A stretch of DNA of 64,000 bases, taken from the NCBI GenBank assembly GCA_038205935.1, contig JBBRBK010000005.1, positions 4,704-68,703 of the forward strand. Direction: 5' to 3'. The notes under the pieces were generated by a model that searched no databases, was not told the DNA's origin, and was given only the letters and a program-made list of their open reading frames with translations. This DNA is from Campylobacterales bacterium (GTDB taxonomy: Bacteria > Campylobacterota > Campylobacteria > Campylobacterales > Sulfurimonadaceae). The position numbers and the translations under genes are program-made. Numbering within the stretch: the stretch's first letter is position 1; each line of letters starts with the position of its first letter. Shown here piece after piece: positions 57,812-64,000 of the stretch.

Positions 57812-59731
57812 CTATACCTTCTTCAAATAGACCACGCTGAGTGGCGCAAGCGTTACATGTAAGCTGTTTTTTCTTCCGTGGCACTCTTTGGCTTGTGACT
57901 TTATTGGAGTTGTATTTGTCTCTGTGTAGCCGCCAAAAGATTTGTCATTGGAGTTAAAAATCTCGACATATTCCCCACTTGTGGGCACACCTAAAACATA
58001 ACCGATATGCTCTTTGTCTGAGAAGTTACAGATGATGATAAGAGGCTTTTCATTTCTCGCACCTTTTCTTATAAACGAGATCACATTCGCACTATAATCG
58101 TTTTCATCTATCCAAGAAAAACCCTCTTTTTCTACATCATTTCTGTGCAGTGAAGGTTCTATTTTATATAGGTGATTGAGCTCTTTGAGAACGTTTTGCA
58201 CGCCTTTATGACCATCATAGGCTAGTAAATGCCAGTCCAAACTTCGCTCAAAATTCCACTCCGCAAACTGTGCGAACTCTCCACCCATAAACAGCAATTT
58301 TTTTCCAGGATGCGCATACATCAAAGAAAAAAGTGCACGAAGATTTGCGAACTTTTTATAATTATCTCCAGGCATCTTGTTAACCAAAGAGCCTTTCATA
58401 TGGACCACTTCATCGTGACTAAGCGGCAATAGATAGTTTTCGTTGTACATGTAAACAAAACTAAAAGTCAAATGCTGGTGATGATGTTGGCGAAAGAGCG
58501 GATCGAACTTCATATATTTTAAGATGTCATGCATCCAACCCATATTCCATTTATAGCCAAACCCTAGTCCACCATCTGCAACTGGGCGGCTCACCATCGA
58601 GTAGTTTGTGGATTCCTCTGCAAACATCATAATGTCGTTGTATTCTTCATACACCGTGGAGTTTAACTGTTTTAAAAACTGTACAGCGCCGCGGTTGACG
58701 TTGCTTCCATCTTCATTTGGAATCCATTCGCCCTCTTCTCTTGCATAATCAAGATAAAGCATCGAAGCCACAGCATCCACTCTTATGCCATCAAGATGGT
58801 AATATTCGAGCCAAAAAAGTGCCGAGCTTACTAAAAACGCGCGCACTTCATTTCTATCATAATTAAAAATTGCACTGCCCCATTCTGGATGATAGCCCTT
58901 TCTTGGATCTTTATGTTCATACAAACATGACCCGTCAAAATTTGAAAGTCCATGTCCATCTGTCACAAAGTGTGAAGGCACCCAGTCGAGAATGACGCCG
59001 ATGCCGTTGTTATGCAAAATATCCACAAAACTCATAAACTCGCTTGGTGAGCCATAACGCGATGTCGGAGCAAAATATCCCGTCGTCTGATAACCCCAAG
59101 AACCCTCAAACGGATACTCGGTGATAGGCATAATCTCCACGTGAGTAAAGCCCATATTTTTCACATACTCAGCTAATTCATTTGCGAGCTCTGTGTAAGT
59201 TAAAAAGCGATTTTCCTCTTCAACTTTTCTTCTCCATGAACCAAGATGCACTTCATAAATCGAGACTGGAGCTTTATGGGAGTTATGTTTATGGCGTGTT
59301 TTCATCCACTCATCATCACCCCAAACATAGCCATCAAGCTTACAAACTCTTGATGCTGAACTTGGTGCGACTTCTGCAAAAAAAGCGTATGGATCAGCCT
59401 TATCGGAGCTTACATGTAAGGCATCTGAAGTGATATGATATTTATATGTCATCCCCTCATCTACGTCTTCAATGAAGCCTTCCCAGATGCCAGAACCATC
59501 ATCTCTATTTTTTAACGGATGAGAAGTCGTGCTGTAATCGTTAAAATCAGCTCTTACATGTAAAGCGTTTGCATTTGGAGCCCACACTGCAAAATAAACT
59601 CCATCTTTACCATCTCTTTGCATAAAATGTGAGCCCAAATGGTTGTAAAGTTTTGCGTGTGTTCCCTCTTTAAAAAGATAAATATCAAGATCAGAAAAAA
59701 GTGTCACGTCATAAAAAGTTTGATATTTCAT
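57812..59731 (-). CDS. glgB: 1,4-alpha-glucan branching enzyme
   Basis: GFTHVEIMPITEYPFEGSWGYQTTGYFAPTSRYG, GVILDWVPSHF, DGIRVDAVASMLY. Confidence 0.93.
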   Translation of the reverse strand: MKYQTFYDVTLFSDLDIYLFKEGTHAKLYNHLGSHFMQRDGKDGVYFAVWAPNANALHVRADFNDYSTTSHPLKNRDDGSGIWEGFIEDVDEGMTYKYHITSDALHVSSDKADPYAFFAEVAPSSASRVCKLDGYVWGDDEWMKTRHKHNSHKAPVSIYEVHLGSWRRKVEEENRFLTYTELANELAEYVKNMGFTHVEIMPITEYPFEGSWGYQTTGYFAPTSRYGSPSEFMSFVDILHNNGIGVILDWVPSHFVTDGHGLSNFDGSCLYEHKDPRKGYHPEWGSAIFNYDRNEVRAFLVSSALFWLEYYHLDGIRVDAVASMLYLDYAREEGEWIPNEDGSNVNRGAVQFLKQLNSTVYEEYNDIMMFAEESTNYSMVSRPVADGGLGFGYKWNMGWMHDILKYMKFDPLFRQHHHQHLTFSFVYMYNENYLLPLSHDEVVHMKGSLVNKMPGDNYKKFANLRALFSLMYAHPGKKLLFMGGEFAQFAEWNFERSLDWHLLAYDGHKGVQNVLKELNHLYKIEPSLHRNDVEKEGFSWIDENDYSANVISFIRKGARNEKPLIIICNFSDKEHIGYVLGVPTSGEYVEIFNSNDKSFGGYTETNTTPIKSQAKECHGRKNSLHVTLAPLSVVYLKKV

Positions 59732-61206
59732 AATGACGGCTTTTGTGGTTCAAAACCTAAGATATAGTTATACACCGCTTCATAACTTTTTGCCGAATCA
59801 TCCCAACCAAAATGCTGTTTCATCGCTCTCTCCTGCATATCTAGAAAACTTTTTTTATCTTTATTATAGATATTTACCGCCCATAAAACTGTGTAATACA
59901 AAGCCTCTTGGGTAGCATCATCAAACTTAAATCCGTTTCCATTTTCATGGCGTTCATCAAAGTTTTGGATCGTGTCATCGAGTCCGCCCGTTGCTCGAAC
60001 TATCGGCAATGTCCCATAACGAAGACTGTAGATCTGGTTGAGTCCGCAAGGTTCAAAAAGTGAGGGCATCAAGAACATATCACTTCCCGCTTCAATGCCG
60101 TGTGCAAGCGCATCAGAATAGCCTACATGTAAACCAAAGTTACTTCGATGCGTTGCAACATCGCTGAAAAATCCCTCAGCCCACTTCTCGCCAGCTCCGA
60201 GCATCACAATCTGGATATCCATATCAAGCAGTCCATGGATGATCCCGGCGATAAGTCCTATCCCTTTTTGTTCTGCAAGACGTCCGACAAAACCGATAAG
60301 CGGCACATCATCACGTACTTCGAGATTAAAATGACGCTGTATATCACGCTTACATGTAAGCTTTCCAGCCATATCACCCACATCAAATTTTTGGGCTATC
60401 AGATTGTCCACTGATGGATTCCATTCATCATAGTCCACGCCATTTAAAATCCCAAAAAGCTTTTCACTGTGTGCTCGGATGTGGCCTTCAAGCCCAAAAC
60501 CAAACTCACGCGTTTGAATCTCCTCGGCATATTTTTTTGAAACGGTCGTGATTGCATCAGCGTGCATAATGCCGCCTTTTAAAAGGTTCACACTATTAAA
60601 ACTCTCAAATTCACGTGCATTAAAATGCTCCCAACCCACTTCCATGAGATCCATCAGATTTTTATGAAAATGTCCTTGGTGTTGAAGATTGTGGATCGTT
60701 AAAACAGATTTTGCATTTGCAAAGTCATGCACAAACCTTGTCTTTGCCAAAAGAGGCACAAGCGCAGTATGCCAGTCATTTGCATGAATGATATCAGGCG
60801 TAAAGGAGAGCATCTTACATAGCTGTAAAGCCGCTTTTGAAAAGAAAACAAAACGGTTGCCATTATCTTCATAAGAACCATCATGATCTTCATACAAGCC
60901 GCCTCTTCCAAAATAACGCTCATAGTCTATAAAATAGATAGGAACATCATTTCCAGGCAAAGTTGATGTATAAACTCCAGCCCAAAGCTCTCCCATCGCA
61001 CCCATCGGCACGCCTAAAGGAGTTTCAAGTTTTGTAAGTTTTGATGGATCTATCTTATAGTATCTTGGCATCACGACGATGATATTATGCCCAAGAGCTT
61101 TAAGTGCTTTTGGAAGTGCGCCGGCAACATCTGCGAGTCCGCCTGTTTTTGCAAATGGCACAACTTCTGAAGCCACAAATAAGATATTTAATTTTCTTTT
61201 TTTCAT
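59728..61206 (-). CDS. glgA: Glycogen synthase
   Basis: LFVASEVVPFAKTGGLADVAGALPKAL. C-terminal PSLFEPCGLNQIYSLRYGTLPIVRATGGLDDT. Confidence 0.9.
   Translation of the reverse strand: MKKRKLNILFVASEVVPFAKTGGLADVAGALPKALKALGHNIIVVMPRYYKIDPSKLTKLETPLGVPMGAMGELWAGVYTSTLPGNDVPIYFIDYERYFGRGGLYEDHDGSYEDNGNRFVFFSKAALQLCKMLSFTPDIIHANDWHTALVPLLAKTRFVHDFANAKSVLTIHNLQHQGHFHKNLMDLMEVGWEHFNAREFESFNSVNLLKGGIMHADAITTVSKKYAEEIQTREFGFGLEGHIRAHSEKLFGILNGVDYDEWNPSVDNLIAQKFDVGDMAGKLTCKRDIQRHFNLEVRDDVPLIGFVGRLAEQKGIGLIAGIIHGLLDMDIQIVMLGAGEKWAEGFFSDVATHRSNFGLHVGYSDALAHGIEAGSDMFLMPSLFEPCGLNQIYSLRYGTLPIVRATGGLDDTIQNFDERHENGNGFKFDDATQEALYYTVLWAVNIYNKDKKSFLDMQERAMKQHFGWDDSAKSYEAVYNYILGFEPQKPSL
60348..60361. repeat. 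14-bp palindrome GCTTACATGTAAGC inside glgA
   Basis: Read directly. Encodes KLTCKR on the minus strand. Confidence 0.9.
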
Positions 61207-61217
61207 ATTTTATCCTT

Positions 61218-62627
61218 TTATAAAAGTAAAGCCGCGTGGACTGATACAAGGCTCTCGTAGATTTTAAGATATGCTAAGGCACTTCGTTCAAATGAGAAAT
61301 CGCATTGCATATTAAACCTTACCATTGACTCAAACTGCTTTTTCTCTTTTTTAAGAGTCAAAGCCCTTTTTATTGCAAGTAAAAGTGCTTGCTTACTCTG
61401 CTTTTTAAAGAGTATCCCTTGTCCGCATTTGGATTTATCTTCGTGAACACTGTCTTTTAATCCTCCCGTTGCATGTACGATGGGAATCGTTCCATAACGC
61501 ATCGCAATCATTTGGTTGAGACCGCAAGGTTCAAAGCGTGATGGCATCAGCAAGAAATCTGCCGCGGCGTAAAGCTGATGTGATAAGACCTCATCATAGC
61601 CGTTTAAAAACTCAAGATTTTCATGCTTTAATGAGAGAGCTTGCAACTGCTCCGCAAATCTGGCCTCGCCCTCGCCGATGATAAAAAGATTGAGCTTATT
61701 TTGTAATAATGGCTCCATCGATTCGAGGACAAGATCGATCCCTTTTTGTTCAACTAGCCGAGTGATCATGACAAATAAAGGACGTCTAGGATCTTTGAGT
61801 TTTGAAGTTTTGTGCAAAGCAACTTTGTTTTGATATTTTCCCTCTACATTTTCATAAGACGCGAAAAGTGCTTTATCGATACGAGGATCAAAAACGACTT
61901 CATTGATACCATTTAAAATACCGCTGAGTTTTGCTTTGTGATGTGTTAAAAACCCTTCAAGCCCGCATCCAAACTCCGATGTGAGTATCTCTTTTGCATA
62001 GCTTGGACTCACTGTTGTCACTGCGTCACTGTACGCGATGCCCGCTTTTAAAAAGTTCACCTTGCCATAAAACTCTAAGCCATCCATTGTGAAATATTTT
62101 TCATCTATCCCGAGCTTTTTAAGTGTCTCTTTTTCAAAAACACCTTGATACGCAAGATTATGGATAGTTAAAACTGTTTTGAGCAGTAATTTCTGCTCTT
62201 TTACAAAAAGTGCACACAAAGAAGTATGCCAATCATTAAGATGTAAAACCTCTACATGTAAGCTCAAAGCAAGAGCGACAACACCTTTGCAAAAGATTGC
62301 AAAACGAAGATCATTATCTGCGTAATCTCCATCTTTATCACAGTAAAGAGTTTGGGTTTCACTTAAAAGCGGTGCTTCTATAAAAAAGATCTTATGAGTA
62401 TTTTGAAGTTTTGTATACACATTGATCTTGTATTTTTCATCCCTTAGACTTACTTCAAAACTCTGGGATAATTGAAGATCTTTTTTACTCATAAAACCAT
62501 ACAAAGGGATCACACTATAAAGCTCTGTATAAGCACTTAACGCTCTAGGCAGTGCATCTGCCACATCTGCGAGTCCGCCGCTTTTTGCATATGGAAATAT
62601 TTCACTTGAAGCAAAAAGAATCTTCAT
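61218..62627 (-). CDS. glgA: Glycogen synthase, second paralogue
   Basis: ILFASSEIFPYAKSGGLADVADALPRAL. PSRFEPCGLNQMIAMRYGTIPIVHATGGLKDS. Confidence 0.85.
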   Translation of the reverse strand: MKILFASSEIFPYAKSGGLADVADALPRALSAYTELYSVIPLYGFMSKKDLQLSQSFEVSLRDEKYKINVYTKLQNTHKIFFIEAPLLSETQTLYCDKDGDYADNDLRFAIFCKGVVALALSLHVEVLHLNDWHTSLCALFVKEQKLLLKTVLTIHNLAYQGVFEKETLKKLGIDEKYFTMDGLEFYGKVNFLKAGIAYSDAVTTVSPSYAKEILTSEFGCGLEGFLTHHKAKLSGILNGINEVVFDPRIDKALFASYENVEGKYQNKVALHKTSKLKDPRRPLFVMITRLVEQKGIDLVLESMEPLLQNKLNLFIIGEGEARFAEQLQALSLKHENLEFLNGYDEVLSHQLYAAADFLLMPSRFEPCGLNQMIAMRYGTIPIVHATGGLKDSVHEDKSKCGQGILFKKQSKQALLLAIKRALTLKKEKKQFESMVRFNMQCDFSFERSALAYLKIYESLVSVHAALLL

Positions 62628-62630
62628 TTT

Positions 62631-63647
62631 CTACTCTCCGCCGAGCATTTTTGCAGATTCTTCAGGCACGACACTGTTTATCGCCATACCTGTAGAGATC
62701 TCAAAACCGCCAAGATTATAGATACGCGGAGTGATTCGTAAAATAAAACGGTAATTTTTATCCAAATGGTTCATATAAATTTCATTTTCAAAATTTGTAT
62801 TGAGTGGTGCCATCTTCAATGAGAGGTTATAAGCAAAGACTCCAAGCTGTTTATGTAAGCTTTCAAACACCCTTTTGATCAAAATAGAAAGATCTGATAC
62901 ATCTTTTCTACTGCATTTGCATAAAGAGGCAATATTTGTAAGCGGTGCTATCATCACTTCAAAAGGATAAGCACTCGCATAGGGACAAAAGGCAACAAAA
63001 TTACCATGACGGGCAACTATTCTTTTTTTGGATGAAAGCTCATTAAAAATGACATCTTCTACTAAACCTCGCCCATGACTTCGATAATATCGCATATTTT
63101 CTTCTAAAAAGGCCATCTCTTCTTTTGGCATAATAGGTAATGCTAAGAGTTGAGTATGAGGATGTTCTTGAGTCGCACCTGCATTGATACCAACATTTTT
63201 GAAAATACTCAAATAAATTAATCGTGTATCATTTTTTAAATCTTCAATACGAATAATCATAGTTCGAAACCAATCTTCTATAGCAGAAACATCTAGCTGG
63301 TAAAAATCACATTCATGACAGGGAGAATCGATAAGAATTTCATGCGCGCCGACTCCTGGAATCGACTCAAATATTCCCTCTCTTTTAGAAATATCTGCAA
63401 GTTCTATCTGCACCGCTTTGTAAAGGTTGGGAACAACTCTTGTCTTCCAAGAAGGTTCATTTGCCCCGTTATCACGTATGGCAAAGATTTCAGGTGGAGT
63501 AAGATCTTCATTTCCATCACAAAAAGGGCAGATTATAGATACACTGTTTTTTTTCTCATTACGACAATTTAGATTTGGCCGAAATAATCTCTCTGGCGCT
63601 ATTACAACATATTTATTGTGGATTCTATCCAATCGTATCTCAGACAT
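62631..63647 (-). CDS. GalT-family nucleotidyltransferase (galactose-1-phosphate uridylyltransferase-like)
   Basis: CPFCDGNE zinc knuckle and HPHTQLL (HxHxQ) active site. The ATG at 63647 follows GGAG and overlaps the upstream stop (AATGTCTGA). The ORF-track start 63689 overlaps the upstream gene. Confidence 0.8.
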   Translation of the reverse strand: MSEIRLDRIHNKYVVIAPERLFRPNLNCRNEKKNSVSIICPFCDGNEDLTPPEIFAIRDNGANEPSWKTRVVPNLYKAVQIELADISKREGIFESIPGVGAHEILIDSPCHECDFYQLDVSAIEDWFRTMIIRIEDLKNDTRLIYLSIFKNVGINAGATQEHPHTQLLALPIMPKEEMAFLEENMRYYRSHGRGLVEDVIFNELSSKKRIVARHGNFVAFCPYASAYPFEVMIAPLTNIASLCKCSRKDVSDLSILIKRVFESLHKQLGVFAYNLSLKMAPLNTNFENEIYMNHLDKNYRFILRITPRIYNLGGFEISTGMAINSVVPEESAKMLGGE

Positions 63648-64000
63648 TTTCCAACTCCAATTCCACCCTCCATGTAAGGTTTTTGACAAATGGCAGCATC
63701 AAGACAAATGAGATTTCTTGCGCCATTTTATTAAAACCGCTTTCACTTTGTGAAACAGTGTTTAGAATATATCCCAATATTGTACATTCCTGACTCATCT
63801 TTAGTTTCAAAACCTTATTTGTAAAATCATCCATGATGACAAGTTCTTTGCAATTTTGCTCACTAAATCCGTCTTGAATAGTCTTTCCATTAAAAGTCAC
63901 CTTATGAGGATGAGCAAAATGAAAATTGAACTCTTGGAAAAAATAAAGCTTTTCTTCGCACAAACTTTTACAATCCAGCTTCAAGAAAATAGAGTTTGTA
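63640..64000 (-). CDS. C-terminal part of an unidentified protein (gene continues beyond the right edge)
   Basis: The minus-strand frame is open from 64000 down to the stop at 63640. The ORF-track start at 63984 is only an internal TTG. Translationally coupled to the galT-like gene. Confidence 0.4.
   Translation of the reverse strand, partial: TNSIFLKLDCKSLCEEKLYFFQEFNFHFAHPHKVTFNGKTIQDGFSEQNCKELVIMDDFTNKVLKLKMSQECTILGYILNTVSQSESGFNKMAQEISFVLMLPFVKNLTWRVELELENV

Noticed and set aside
1-64000. Search for CRISPR arrays, tRNA/rRNA genes, IS elements, integrases, and prophage or defence-system genes.
   Set aside because: No regularly spaced direct repeats, no GC-rich cloverleaf-like segments in the intergenic regions, and no transposase, integrase, nuclease or ATPase-type defence ORFs were seen. 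The intergenic spacers are short and AT-rich.

Overview
This 64-kb window looks like a chromosomal segment of an AT-rich Campylobacterota (epsilonproteobacterium)-like genome. That guess rests on the fused CcsBA cytochrome c synthase, the overall gene content and the base composition; the species cannot be named from sequence alone. I support about 52 protein-coding genes and see no rRNA, tRNA, CRISPR array, transposase or integrase.

Gene content by region:
- Left third: housekeeping genes (DEAD-box helicase, coaBC, uppS, prepilin peptidase, LptF/G permease, truA, dnaJ, ccsBA, polA).
- 20.5-35 kb: a tightly packed, very AT-rich minus-strand operon of 12 genes. It reads as a mosaic, Pel-related exopolysaccharide/biofilm locus. 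It contains a PelF-like GT4, polytopic membrane proteins, a lipoprotein, an embedded TM-HD-GYP protein, GT2 plus a DUF2304-like protein, a FemAB-like protein, a deacetylase, a disrupted flippase-like gene, a secreted glycoside-hydrolase-like protein and a SPOR-TolC-like outer-membrane protein. HDOD, Rrf2 and DUF4395-like genes lie directly upstream.
- Right half: a TolC/MFP/RND efflux operon whose RND pump is encoded as two half-size genes, then serA, rpsA, pgm, a USP-like gene coupled to a P2-type ATPase, and a SHOCT-domain protein. These are followed by two tandem MBOAT O-acyltransferase modules and a galT-like/glgA/glgA/glgB glycogen operon.

Most notable observations:
1. The palindrome TTACATGTAA (core TACATGTA) is strongly over-represented, in genes and between them, and leaves a visible Leu-His-Val / Thr-Cys coding imprint.
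2. The Pel-like EPS locus carries an in-operon HD-GYP protein.
3. A G9 homopolymer sits inside one MBOAT paralogue and is a candidate phase-variation switch.
4. An in-frame TAA splits the flippase-like EPS gene.
5. The RND transporter is naturally split into two genes.
6. The SHOCT gene probably starts at a non-canonical ATC codon.

All family assignments come from motif reading by eye and need profile searches to confirm.
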